Shown: positions 40,134-50,663, counted from the stretch's first letter. The stretch is 64,000 nucleotides of DNA from Promethearchaeota archaeon (GCA_048938855.1 JBHLLT010000013.1:21150-85149); one strand, 5' to 3'. The notes: generated by a model from the sequence alone, not told the origin. Numbers and translations: made by a program.

Positions 40134-43100
40134 CTACTTAATAATCGGAATGGTAAAGTAAAAAGTGGATCCTTTGTTCCTCCCTTTTGACTTAACCCTT
40201 ATTGTTCCTCCGTGTAATTCAATAATTTTTTTAGTTATAAATAATCCTAATCCAGAGCCTTCAGAAATGATGTCAAGGCCTTGTCCATACCTTTCGATTT
40301 TTCCAAATTGAGTGAAAAGCCTTTTTTTTTCTTCGCTAGTGATTCCTATACCATTATCTTCAATTGAAATTAGAATATAGTCATCAGTCTTAGCCGATTT
40401 AACTTCAATTTTTCCATTCGGGGGCGTATATTTAATGGCATTATTGATTAAATTACTCAAAACAAGATGAATTTGATCTGGTTCAAACTTAGTTATCAGT
40501 TTATCATGTATATTTAATTTTATCTCATGATTTCTCAATCTTATTAACCCTTGTAATTCTCTAACACACAACTTTATTAGAAATGACAAATCTTCCTCAG
40601 TCTTCTTCAAATCAACTGATTCAGAATCCAATTCAGCCGTTTTTAATATATCTTGAATTAGATTTTCTAATCTCTCGCATCCTAATTTTATTTCACGAAT
40701 CGTTGCTAAAACATAATCATCTAATTTTTCTTTATGTACAGTTAATAAGAGATCAGAGAATCCTTTTATTGAAACAAGTGGGGTTTTTAATTCATGAGAG
40801 GTTCTTCTGAGAAGTTCCGATTTTAAGCTGTTAAGTTTTATTAATTCTTCTTCAGCTTTTTTCTTTTCAGTAATATCCATGATTGTAACTAATTCAGCTG
40901 GTTTCCCTCGATATATAATAGGTCTTGAGAACTGATCAATCCATTTAATTTTACCATATTTAGTAAATACCCTATAAGAATAATATTGTTTTAAGTCTGA
41001 TTCACCTGATCTTAGTTTCTCGCGATATTCTCTTAAATATTGCAGATCTTCAGGATAAATTAATTTCCTTAGATCCTCTATAGTCCAATTATCAATTTCT
41101 TCGTAAGAATAGTCAAAAATTTGGAGTACAGCCTTATTTACATATACAACATTATCCGTTTGTATTATTAAAATTCCAATGAAAGCTTGCTCTGCTATAG
41201 TTCTGAAGTTCTCTTCTGATTCTCTTATTTTCTGCTCAGCTAATTTTTTTTCATTGATATTCCTTGATACGCATAAAATTTTAGTATTCCCGTGAGTATC
41301 TACGAATTTTTTACCAGTCACTTCAAACCAAAGATAATTTCCATTTTCTTTTTTTAATCGAAATTGATATTGAAAATTCCCTTTTACTAAACCTTCTTTT
41401 CCAGATTGATCCGCTAGTTGTTTATCATCCTTATGAACTAATTTGTCTCTAAAAGACTTTTCAAAAAATTGTTCTGTTTTATAGCCTAAAACTCTTGAAT
41501 GAGTCTCCGCATTAAGATATTCTACATTCTCGTCTTCATTATATACAACAATTAAATCATCTGTGTTCTCTGAAATTAACCTATATTTTTCTTCAGATTC
41601 TTTTAAACTTTCGTCTGTTTTAATTTTATCACTAATATCTATAGTCATTACAAAATCAGCGGGTCTTGCTTCAAAGCTTATTGTTTTTGAAAAGTTTTCA
41701 ACCCATATCACTTCTCCATCTTTTTTTATTACTCTATATTTATAATGAGTAACTACATCAGGATCACCTATTTGTTTCTTTCTTGCTTGATTTATCACAA
41801 ATTCTCTATCATCTGGGTGTATAAGCTTTTGAAATTCATAAGGTTCCCAATTTTGTATTTCTTCCATCGAATAACCATTTATATTGGCAGCTTGTTCATT
41901 AAAATACTTAAAAATTCCATCTTGTAATACGATTATTCCCATAAACGATTGCTCTGCGATAGTCCTGAATTTTTCTTCAGATTCTTTTAATTTTTGTTCT
42001 GCTATTTTACTTTGAGTTATATCTGCTAAAAACGCATATGTTCCTTCATAATTACCTTCCGTGTCGAAAATAGGAGTTGCTCTTATTCTTAGATAAACCT
42101 CACCACCATTTTTATGAATAAAAATTCCATCTCTCTCTCCTGATATCCCTTGCTTTCTTTTTTCTAAGTGAAATTCTGTAATACTTTTTTGTTCTTTATC
42201 CATAAATGAGAATAGTGATTTTCCAATCATTTCTTCCATTGAGTATCCTAGCATATTTGCTAAACTAGGATTAACTAAAGTTGAAATAGCATTAGAATCT
42301 ATTACCCAGACTCCTTCTATCGCATTTTCAATTAAATATCTGTATTTTTCCTCAGAAATTTCTAACTTTTTCTCATATTCTTTCCTTTTTGATATGTCTC
42401 GCGAAACAACTAATACTTTCTGTTCAGCTTTTTGATCCAAGATTTTTTTACCTCGGATATCTAACCAATGATACTTTCCATTTATATCTATGAATCTTGC
42501 TTGAATGTTTGATTCTCCATCTTCCCAACCTTGTTTAAAAGCATTTATACATCTATTCTTATCTTCAGGATGAACCCATCGTAATGCACTGTTACCAATT
42601 AACTGTTCTTTGTTTCTGCCCATAACATTTTGGAACGAGGCTTCATTTATGTATTCATATTCTATTTTATTATTAAGAATGGCAATCATATCATTGATAT
42701 TTTCAGTGATGAGACGATACTGTTCTTCAGATGCTTTTAAATTTACTTCAGCTTCCTTCTGTTCAGTAATATCCCTTAAGATGGTAATAATCTGGCTTAC
42801 TGATCCTTCTCTAATAATAGGAATTTTTAAAGTCTGAGTATATATAAGTCGATTTGATAATTCTGTTGTTTCAACACTTATTACCGACTTCTTAGTCTTG
42901 AAGACTTTACTATATTCATTAAAGATCTTATCTTCATCTAAGAAAGGAAACGCCTCAAAAACTTTTTTACCGATATTATAAGACTTTATGTTTAATGAAT
43001 CTAACCACTGATTCATAGCAGGATTTTGAAATATGATTCTCAAATCTTTATCTACAACATGCATAGCATCATTTAAAGAATTTAAAATCATGAGATATTG

Positions 43101-43523
43101 TTGCTCTGAATCTCGTAGAGCTTGTTCTCCTTTTTTAATGTCATTAATATCAGTAATAATATGAATAGCCCCACTTATTTCTCCATTGTTATTATAAATA
43201 GGGTCTGCAGAAATTTCAACCCATTTTCCATTTAGTAATTGAATATCAGACTCTCTACGCCCTGTTTCCCACATTTTTCTCACAGGGCACCAATCTACTG
43301 GTGCGTTATCCCCATGAACTATATCCCCGCAAGTATGACCTATAACTTCATCACAATTAGATTTTCCTAAAAAAATTAAGGTTGCTTTATTGCATAAAAG
43401 AATTTTATGATCCAAATTAATTAGAAACACAGCCTCCTTCATTGCATCAAGAGTGATCTGCCATAATTTATCGTTATTCATGGTTTCAGTATCAATCTCA
43501 TTTAGACTATAAGACTTTTTCAT
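40134..43523 (-). CDS. Cytoplasmic multi-PAS histidine kinase
   Basis: About 7 PAS modules; SHELKTPL, NLINNAIKYT, DNGIG, GSGLGL. Confidence 0.93.
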   Translation of the reverse strand: MKKSYSLNEIDTETMNNDKLWQITLDAMKEAVFLINLDHKILLCNKATLIFLGKSNCDEVIGHTCGDIVHGDNAPVDWCPVRKMWETGRRESDIQLLNGKWVEISADPIYNNNGEISGAIHIITDINDIKKGEQALRDSEQQYLMILNSLNDAMHVVDKDLRIIFQNPAMNQWLDSLNIKSYNIGKKVFEAFPFLDEDKIFNEYSKVFKTKKSVISVETTELSNRLIYTQTLKIPIIREGSVSQIITILRDITEQKEAEVNLKASEEQYRLITENINDMIAILNNKIEYEYINEASFQNVMGRNKEQLIGNSALRWVHPEDKNRCINAFKQGWEDGESNIQARFIDINGKYHWLDIRGKKILDQKAEQKVLVVSRDISKRKEYEKKLEISEEKYRYLIENAIEGVWVIDSNAISTLVNPSLANMLGYSMEEMIGKSLFSFMDKEQKSITEFHLEKRKQGISGERDGIFIHKNGGEVYLRIRATPIFDTEGNYEGTYAFLADITQSKIAEQKLKESEEKFRTIAEQSFMGIIVLQDGIFKYFNEQAANINGYSMEEIQNWEPYEFQKLIHPDDREFVINQARKKQIGDPDVVTHYKYRVIKKDGEVIWVENFSKTISFEARPADFVMTIDISDKIKTDESLKESEEKYRLISENTDDLIVVYNEDENVEYLNAETHSRVLGYKTEQFFEKSFRDKLVHKDDKQLADQSGKEGLVKGNFQYQFRLKKENGNYLWFEVTGKKFVDTHGNTKILCVSRNINEKKLAEQKIRESEENFRTIAEQAFIGILIIQTDNVVYVNKAVLQIFDYSYEEIDNWTIEDLRKLIYPEDLQYLREYREKLRSGESDLKQYYSYRVFTKYGKIKWIDQFSRPIIYRGKPAELVTIMDITEKKKAEEELIKLNSLKSELLRRTSHELKTPLVSIKGFSDLLLTVHKEKLDDYVLATIREIKLGCERLENLIQDILKTAELDSESVDLKKTEEDLSFLIKLCVRELQGLIRLRNHEIKLNIHDKLITKFEPDQIHLVLSNLINNAIKYTPPNGKIEVKSAKTDDYILISIEDNGIGITSEEKKRLFTQFGKIERYGQGLDIISEGSGLGLFITKKIIELHGGTIRVKSKGRNKGSTFYFTIPIIK

Positions 43524-43743
43524 GAAAAACTATCTCTAATTCTTTCAGATATTTTATATTATTTCAAATAATATCTAAAAAATGAAATAAGAAGATATAT
43601 TTAACAATTTGCAATATTTTCTAAAAAATTGTATCTAATCAGAATTGACTTTAAATTGATACGGCAATTAAGATACAATCATAAACGATAATTCAGCTAC
43701 TTAGAAATATTTTAATATAAGAAAGAATATATTTTAAATAAGT

Positions 43744-43830
43744 ATGATTTCAAATAAGACTGCGTTAAAGATGAATTTAGTTATAAAATTGATATTAGAT
43801 GATTTACTCGCAGTTTTATTATTATATTAA
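43744..43830 (+). CDS. Putative Leu-rich leader peptide (uORF) of leuS
   Basis: MISNKTALKMNLVIKLILDDLLAVLLLY*; 9 of 28 codons are Leu, ending TTA TTA TTA TAT TAA; second in-frame ATG at 43771; TATA-like TTTAATATAA at 43711..43720. Confidence 0.65.
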   Translation: MISNKTALKMNLVIKLILDDLLAVLLLY

Positions 43831-43980
43831 GCGAAACAGATCCTTTAACGCTCTTTCTTTTGTTTTTCCATGGATTTGTTCGCTTCGCTGGTGAAATCAA
43901 TTGAAAGAGATAATAGGAGACTGTTCAATTAAAAAAGGTTCAAATTGACATAAAACAAAACAAGCAAAGAGGATCAAACA
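43762..43980 (+). promoter_or_regulatory. Putative attenuator with alternative RNA pairings in the leuS leader
   Basis: GCGTTAAAG/CTTTAACGC; AAGCGAA(A)CAGATCC/GGATTTGTTCGCTT; GATCCT..TTTTGTTTT/AAAACAAAA..AGGATC covering the SD. Confidence 0.6.
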
Positions 43981-46866
43981 ATGTATAATCCACGAGAAAT
44001 TGAAAAAAAGTGGCAAGATAGATGGGAACAAGCAAAAATATTTGAAGCAAATCCAGATAAGAAAAGAGAAAAAATATTTATTACTTCTCCCTATCCTTAT
44101 GCCTCAGGACCTACTCATATTGGGCACGGGCGGAGTTTTGTGAATGGAGATATTTTTGCTAGATTTTATAGGGCTAAAGGCTATAATGTTTTATATCCGA
44201 TGGCATTTCACATTACAGGTACTCCTGTTTTAGCCATATCTTCTTCATTAGAGAGAGGTGATTATATACAAAAAGCTAGAATGAAAGAATATGTGTCATT
44301 ACATACTAAAGATGAGACAGATGTTAATGAAATTGTAAAAAGTTTTGTGGATCCTTGGAAGATTGTTAAATATTTTTCTAATACTATCAAATTAGATTTT
44401 AAATCAATTGGAATGAGTTTAGATTGGCGTAGAGAATTCACAACCGGAGACATAATTTATAATAAATTCATTGAGTGGCAGTACTTTCATTTAAAAGAAA
44501 ACTCATATATAGAAAAAGGGGAATATCCTATTTTATATTGCCCTAGAGACAAAAATGCTGTTGGAGAGGATGATATTGCTAGTGGAGATGAATTAGATCT
44601 TAATATTAATGAATTTATTTGTATTAAGTTTCCATTTGAGGACGGATTTCTAGTTGCTTCAACTTTAAGGCCAGAAACAATATATGGAGTTACAAATATT
44701 TGGATAAACCCAGACGGAGATTATGTCCAAGCTAATGTTGAAGGGGAAATCTGGATTATTTCTTATGAAGCAACCCACCTATTTAAAAATCAAAATAAAG
44801 AGATTCAAATTTTAAAAAATTTTAAGGGAAATAAAATAATTGGCAAAAAAGCTCGAGATGTGTATGGTATCAAAGAAATTCTGATTCTACCTGGAGATTT
44901 TGTTGATACTTCCACCGCAAGTGGAGTAGTTTATTCCGTTCCTGCTCATGCACCTTATGACTATATAGCTTTAGTTGATTTGCAAAACGATTTAGATCTA
45001 ATTAGGCAATTTAATTTAGACCAAAGAGAAATCGAGTTAATTTATCCTATTCAAATTATAGAATTAAAGGGATTCCATGGTTTTCCGGCAAAACTCTACT
45101 GTGAGAGATTTAATGCTAAATCTCAAAATGATAAAGAGGAACTAGATAAAGCAACAAATGAGAATTATAAGTATGAATTCTATAATGGTGTGCTTAATGA
45201 TAAATGTGGTAAATATCAAGGAATGACCGTTAGTGATGCCGCTAGACAGGTTTCAGAAGATTTAATTAAAGAAAATAAAGCTGATCGACTATATATTCCA
45301 GTAACTAAAAATCTTAAATGCAAGTGTGGAACCGAAGTCGTAGTTTCTATCCTAAAAGATCAATGGTTTCTAAATTTTAATGCAGGAAATTGGAAAGAGA
45401 AAGCATTTGAATGCCTTCATAACTTAAAAATAGTACCTGAAAAGTATCGATTAAATTTTGAAAATGTTTTTAATTGGCTTGAAAAAAGACCCTGCGCTAG
45501 AAAAAGAGGGCTAGGAACAAAACTACCTTTTAATAAGGATTGGATAATAGAATCTTTAAGTGATTCGACGATTTACATGGCATTTTATACAATTGTACAT
45601 AAAATAAAAGGGTATAAAATAAAACCAGAACAATTATCCCCTGATTTCTTTGATTTTGTATTCTTAGAACATGGGGATATAAAGAAAGTTTCAAAAATGA
45701 CAAATATAGATGAAAATATACTTAGAGAACTCCAAGAGGAATTCCTCTACTGGTATCCTGTTGACCACCGCCATACGGCGATAATGCATATCTCTAATCA
45801 TTTGAGTTTCTATATATTCCATCATGTTGCTATATTTCCAAAGAAACATTGGCCAAAAGTCATTACTTTAATCGAACCAGTTAATGTAGAAGGTCAAAAA
45901 ATGGGAAAATCAAAAGGAAATTTAATTCCTCTGGCAGAGATCCAAAAAGAGTATTCTGCTGATTTATTTAGATTTTATATCTCCCACGCTGATTTTGGAG
46001 TTTACATGGATTTTAGAGAAAAAGAAATACGTACAGTTAGAAATCACATCACGAAATTTTTTATATTTATTTCGGAAAGAATTCATGAATCACAAGATAT
46101 CGAAGCTAAGTTTGAAAATATTAATTCTAAATATTCAAAAGTAATGTTATCGAAAATCATCAAGAAATTTTGTGAAGCTCAGACAGCTTTAGAAGAATTC
46201 AACTTGAGGAGATATCTACAGACAGCATTTTATGAGATCTTTAATCTAATTCAAGATTTTTATAGAGATACAGACAATCCAATAGATTTTCTAACAATTT
46301 TCAGTATTATCTATAAAGATTGGTTAACAATTCTATCTATAACGCTACCACATTTATGCGAAGAATTATGGGAGATGAGTGGAAATGGAGGATTTATATC
46401 AAAGGTTATTTGGGGAGACTTTAATAAGCATTATATTAATGAAAACCTTGAAACTGAATTTAATTATATCTCAAATGTTATAGAAGATGTTTTTAACATA
46501 AAAAAAATAGTGAAATCAGAGAAAATAGATAATATTTATCTTTATACTGCTCTTGAATGGAAGTATAATGCTTTGAATTTGATTAGATCAAAAAAGGGTA
46601 ATTTTAAAGATATAATGTTTGAACTGAAAAAGGAAAAGGAAGTTTTAAGTAATAAAAACCTTGTTCCATTCATAAAAGACCAAATAAAAGACAGAATTTG
46701 GGATAAAGAGATACCAAAAATAAATGAAATCAAGCTACTTGAGCAATATAAATCTTATATTGAAAATCGAGTAAATTCTAAGATTGTTATTAATTCTGAT
46801 TTTGATCCAAAACAAAGATCTATTAGAGCAAAACCCTTCAAACCAGCTCTATTTATAGATATATAA
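43981..46866 (+). CDS. leuS: Leucyl-tRNA synthetase, archaeal/eukaryal type
   Basis: PYPY..HIGH, DWRREFTT, CP1 editing STLRPET and SVPAHAPYDY, IESLSDSTIYMA, KMGKS. Confidence 0.96.
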   Translation: MYNPREIEKKWQDRWEQAKIFEANPDKKREKIFITSPYPYASGPTHIGHGRSFVNGDIFARFYRAKGYNVLYPMAFHITGTPVLAISSSLERGDYIQKARMKEYVSLHTKDETDVNEIVKSFVDPWKIVKYFSNTIKLDFKSIGMSLDWRREFTTGDIIYNKFIEWQYFHLKENSYIEKGEYPILYCPRDKNAVGEDDIASGDELDLNINEFICIKFPFEDGFLVASTLRPETIYGVTNIWINPDGDYVQANVEGEIWIISYEATHLFKNQNKEIQILKNFKGNKIIGKKARDVYGIKEILILPGDFVDTSTASGVVYSVPAHAPYDYIALVDLQNDLDLIRQFNLDQREIELIYPIQIIELKGFHGFPAKLYCERFNAKSQNDKEELDKATNENYKYEFYNGVLNDKCGKYQGMTVSDAARQVSEDLIKENKADRLYIPVTKNLKCKCGTEVVVSILKDQWFLNFNAGNWKEKAFECLHNLKIVPEKYRLNFENVFNWLEKRPCARKRGLGTKLPFNKDWIIESLSDSTIYMAFYTIVHKIKGYKIKPEQLSPDFFDFVFLEHGDIKKVSKMTNIDENILRELQEEFLYWYPVDHRHTAIMHISNHLSFYIFHHVAIFPKKHWPKVITLIEPVNVEGQKMGKSKGNLIPLAEIQKEYSADLFRFYISHADFGVYMDFREKEIRTVRNHITKFFIFISERIHESQDIEAKFENINSKYSKVMLSKIIKKFCEAQTALEEFNLRRYLQTAFYEIFNLIQDFYRDTDNPIDFLTIFSIIYKDWLTILSITLPHLCEELWEMSGNGGFISKVIWGDFNKHYINENLETEFNYISNVIEDVFNIKKIVKSEKIDNIYLYTALEWKYNALNLIRSKKGNFKDIMFELKKEKEVLSNKNLVPFIKDQIKDRIWDKEIPKINEIKLLEQYKSYIENRVNSKIVINSDFDPKQRSIRAKPFKPALFIDI

Positions 46867-46881
46867 TCTTTTTTTAGTTTT

Positions 46882-48075
46882 TTATAGCTTATTTTTTTCT
46901 ATTGCTTTTAATATATCTAAATATTTTATAATCTCCTTAGTATCGTTTTTTCCTATACAATAATCCAAGTTTTTCATGAAGTATTGATTTAATATTTTCA
47001 ATTGGGGGCTAGAAATTATAAATTTTAATCCCTCATCCATTTTTTTGTCAAATAACGTATCTTTTACTTCATCAATTTTCATATTAATAATTTGAAGCGC
47101 AATCCATTCAAATACATCATAGATATTCTCATTTGTTTTTGCCGAAGTTTCCATGTAATAAATTCCCCATTTTTTAGCTAATTCCAAACCTTCTTCACTT
47201 GAAACAACTCTGGAACTATTTAGATCAACTTTATTTCCTACCAGAATTAAAACTATATGAGGTAATGCGACTCTTGTGATAATATCATACCATTTCTTAA
47301 CATGCTCAAATGATTCTCTACTTGTAATGTCATAAACAATAATTCCTGCTCGAGAATCTGTTAAATAATCTGGCCATAAACGTTCAAATTGACTTTGTCC
47401 TGCTAAATCCCATATCATAAATCTTACAGAAGTTCCCAATTCTTTAAACTCGCATTCTTTCTTAGAGATATAAGTTCCAATTGTTGCTTTATAATCTGCT
47501 TTGAATATTCCATGGACATACATTTGAGACATACTTGTTTTTCCAACACCGTTATCTCCGATTAATGAGAGTTTGTAGACATAACTAGATGAATGAGGTT
47601 TACTATGGTAATATTCCATCTTCCGTTTTACTTTTTCTATTTCAGTATCTCTCTTTATTTGTGGAATTACTGGACTAACAGGTAATTCGCCATCAATAAT
47701 CCTTGCTACTTTATCAGCTGCTAGATATGTGTAAGGAAATACATCATCTACTAAAGCTGTATGACTAAGGATAGACACTAAAACATAATCCTTTCCAGAC
47801 TCACAAAAGATGAATCTATATTTATCTGTATCAAAGGTTCCGGCTCCAAATGTTCCAAGATCAAAGTCTTGAGTTAATTTTTTTAGCACTAATTCGACTA
47901 AAGAGCTGAATGCACCGATAAACTTTTTTTCTTCCGTTTTTTCAAAATCTCTAGTTAATATATCAACAATCAGTCCATCTCGCCCCACAACAAGTACAGA
48001 AATTAAATTATCCCCTGCTTCTTGCATATACCACTTAAATAAAGCCCGTAATTTCTCTCTATCTATATATGTAAT
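46882..48075 (-). CDS. Roadblock domain fused to a Rab-like small GTPase
   Basis: N-terminal VLVVGRDGLIV roadblock; G1 GDNGVGKTS, YKATIG, WDLAGQ, NKVD, ETSAK; frame open 16 codons upstream of ATG 48027 to ATT 48075. Confidence 0.88.
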   Translation of the reverse strand: MTYIDREKLRALFKWYMQEAGDNLISVLVVGRDGLIVDILTRDFEKTEEKKFIGAFSSLVELVLKKLTQDFDLGTFGAGTFDTDKYRFIFCESGKDYVLVSILSHTALVDDVFPYTYLAADKVARIIDGELPVSPVIPQIKRDTEIEKVKRKMEYYHSKPHSSSYVYKLSLIGDNGVGKTSMSQMYVHGIFKADYKATIGTYISKKECEFKELGTSVRFMIWDLAGQSQFERLWPDYLTDSRAGIIVYDITSRESFEHVKKWYDIITRVALPHIVLILVGNKVDLNSSRVVSSEEGLELAKKWGIYYMETSAKTNENIYDVFEWIALQIINMKIDEVKDTLFDKKMDEGLKFIISSPQLKILNQYFMKNLDYCIGKNDTKEIIKYLDILKAIEKNKL

Positions 48076-48339
48076 TGCTTACACCATTAAAACAGAATTT
48101 TTCTAAATCTTAAATTTATATCATAATAATAGGGTTTGAATATTTTAATCCTTACATAATCATTATAAATCTTTCATCTAAAAACGAGTAAATTCTTTGA
48201 TTATAATAAATCCTGATTTCGCTCTAAAACAAAGATCTAAAAGAGTGAAACCGTTCAAAACTTGCTCTATATATAAATAAATAAAATCTACAACTTATTT
48301 TTTTCATGCATTTAAGTTGTCTAAGTATTTTAGTTTATT

Positions 48340-49242
48340 CTAATCTAATCCATATACCTGTTTAGGCCCAAGAAATTGGGGAAATTTATCTAAAAGATGT
48401 AGTCTAGTGAGAAAACAAAGATGGCATTCATCGACGTATTCATCTTCATGCTCAACGTGGTATTCTCTTACCAATTGAGCAGGACCACCCTGAATTAAAG
48501 GTCCACAGATAGGGTGACTATTTACATCATATTTCTTAATCAATTCTGAGAGAGGGATCTCCCAATAATTTCCAATACTTAACCCTTGGCAAATCTGAGC
48601 ATTTCCAAAAGGATCGATATGAATTCTTCCAAGTTCTTCTAAATCTTCATATGGACATTTCTTCATTTCTTCCCAGGGTCTTCGAGGTAAGCCTTCAATT
48701 AAGGTTTCAACAGCTCTACCTCTGAACATCGCCCCTCCCTTTATCACGGGCTCACCTTTTTCATGATCCTTCTCTATACCCATTTCTATTGTAGGTTCAT
48801 CAATACTAATCGAAAATAATGGAAGCTTTAGATTCTTTGCTGCCTTTTCAGCTCTTTTAGATAAATTTAATTGCTCATCTTCATAATGAAACAAATCACT
48901 ACTTATACTTAAATCTGTAATTCCAATTTCAGAAATAGGTTTCAGCCAAAATTCAGCATCTTCCACGTTAGTTGCCCAATAAGAATTAGTCACGAGTCCT
49001 GTTTTAAATCCTAATTCTTTTGATAATCTAAGGCTTTCAACCATTATAGGATAAAAGAGAAAAGGCTCGCCTCCTTCAAAATAAATCCATTCTACTGTGC
49101 CAATCTTTTTCGCCTCATCAAGAACCTTTCTAATTTGAGCCAATGTAAATGTTCCTTTTGAATTAGGGCTACAATATAAAAAACAATGATCGCACGTATA
49201 ATTACAAGTATAGGTTAAAAGAAAATGTATTCCTTTTAGCAA
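48340..49242 (-). CDS. Radical SAM protein
   Basis: CNYTCDHC, GGEP, VTN; C-terminal Cys residues. Confidence 0.9.
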   Translation of the reverse strand: MLKGIHFLLTYTCNYTCDHCFLYCSPNSKGTFTLAQIRKVLDEAKKIGTVEWIYFEGGEPFLFYPIMVESLRLSKELGFKTGLVTNSYWATNVEDAEFWLKPISEIGITDLSISSDLFHYEDEQLNLSKRAEKAAKNLKLPLFSISIDEPTIEMGIEKDHEKGEPVIKGGAMFRGRAVETLIEGLPRRPWEEMKKCPYEDLEELGRIHIDPFGNAQICQGLSIGNYWEIPLSELIKKYDVNSHPICGPLIQGGPAQLVREYHVEHEDEYVDECHLCFLTRLHLLDKFPQFLGPKQVYGLD

Positions 49243-49361
49243 GATATTTTACCTCCATTAATTACTCATTTCAATGGATATGTGAAAATTATAAATATAT
49301 ACTAATTAGAATTATAAATAAAATTAATTAATAAGATTGCATTGGTTGTATAAAATATATA

Positions 49362-50585
49362 ATGAATAAAGTAGCTATAGTTGGAATTGGGCATACTAAA
49401 TTCGGGAAATTAATAGATAAGAACTTAATGGATTTATTATGTGAAGCATCTTTAGAAGCAATCAAAGATTCCAACACATGTAATAAAGATTTTGATTCTG
49501 TGTATGTGGGAGCAATGAGCCCTGGAGCGTTTAATCAGCTTTCAGGTATTGCTAGTGCTCTTGTTGATAAAATTAGCTTAATTCCTGCAGCAGCGGATCA
49601 TATAAAAAATGGACCAGCGTCAGGTGGATCAGCAATTAAAGCGGGTTTTCAATCTGTCGCCTCTGGATTAAGTGATCTTGTACTTGTAGTAGGGGGTGAA
49701 AAAATGACTCATATTACTACTCCTGGCTATATTACTTCAAATGTAGCTACATTAACTCATCCAGAAGCAGAAAGACAACATGGAGTTTCTCTTCCATCCT
49801 TTGCTGGAATGTTAACACGCACTTATCTTGAAAAATACAATGCTCAGCTTGATTGGATTTCAGATATAGCGATTAAAAACCATAATAACGGAGCCTTAAA
49901 TCCGAATGCACATTTTCAAAAAACTATTGAAGATTTTATGAAGAGTGCTATTCAAAAAGGAAAGGGAAATTGGGATAACACTCATGATTTTCTAAATGAT
50001 GATAATGCAAATCCAATAATAGCAGATCCATTAAGGCTTTTTCATATTTGCCCTATATCAGATGGAGCAGCTGCTTTAGTTTTATGTAACGCTGATAACG
50101 CGAACCAATATTGCGATACTCCTATTGTTATTTCTGGAATAGGCCAAGCAACAGACACTCATATAATATTTGAACGTGAAGATATCACATCTCTTAAAGC
50201 TTTAAAAATAGCTTCAAACCAAGCATATAAAATGGCTAAAAAAGCCCCGAAAGATATTGATGTGGCTGAATTACACGATGCTTTTGAGATTCTTGAGGCC
50301 ATTCAATCAGAAGATATTGGTTTTTTTGATAAAGGAGAAGGTGCTAAAGCCGCACATGAGGGTTTAACTGAAATAGGTGGGAAGATTCCTATAAATCCTT
50401 CAGGAGGGCTGAAAGCACGCGGGCACCCATTAGGAGCTACTGGAGTTGCTCAGGTAGTAGAGCTAGTTTGGCAATTAAGAGGGGAAGCCGGTAAAAGACA
50501 AATTGATGGTGTGGAAACTGGAATAACATGCAATTTTGGGGGATTTGGGAATAATATAATTTCAATATTAGTAGAAAGGCTATAG
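49362..50585 (+). CDS. Thiolase-fold protein (archaeal/SCP-x type) lacking the canonical nucleophilic Cys
   Basis: GHTKFG, GGEKMT, NPNAHF, CPISDGAAA, ELHDAF, NPSGGL..GHPLGATG; NGPASG in place of xxCASG. Confidence 0.9.
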   Translation: MNKVAIVGIGHTKFGKLIDKNLMDLLCEASLEAIKDSNTCNKDFDSVYVGAMSPGAFNQLSGIASALVDKISLIPAAADHIKNGPASGGSAIKAGFQSVASGLSDLVLVVGGEKMTHITTPGYITSNVATLTHPEAERQHGVSLPSFAGMLTRTYLEKYNAQLDWISDIAIKNHNNGALNPNAHFQKTIEDFMKSAIQKGKGNWDNTHDFLNDDNANPIIADPLRLFHICPISDGAAALVLCNADNANQYCDTPIVISGIGQATDTHIIFEREDITSLKALKIASNQAYKMAKKAPKDIDVAELHDAFEILEAIQSEDIGFFDKGEGAKAAHEGLTEIGGKIPINPSGGLKARGHPLGATGVAQVVELVWQLRGEAGKRQIDGVETGITCNFGGFGNNIISILVERL

Positions 50586-50663
50586 ATTTATAATTCAGAA
50601 TATTATTATTAATACTAATTTATCAAAATTAATTGACTTTTAGAGAGATAAAATTGAGGAATT

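Noticed and set aside
45898-45912. KMGKS in place of KMSKS in LeuRS
   Set aside because: Tolerated variant; the catalytic Lys and other motifs are intact.
48217-48250. Hairpin TTTCGCTCT/AGAGTGAAA between the GTPase and radical SAM genes
   Set aside because: No bulge-helix-bulge geometry and no interrupted reading frame around it.
49920-50010. About 20-aa insertion in the thiolase considered as an in-frame intron
   Set aside because: No BHB or hairpin at its borders; reads as a normal helical insertion.
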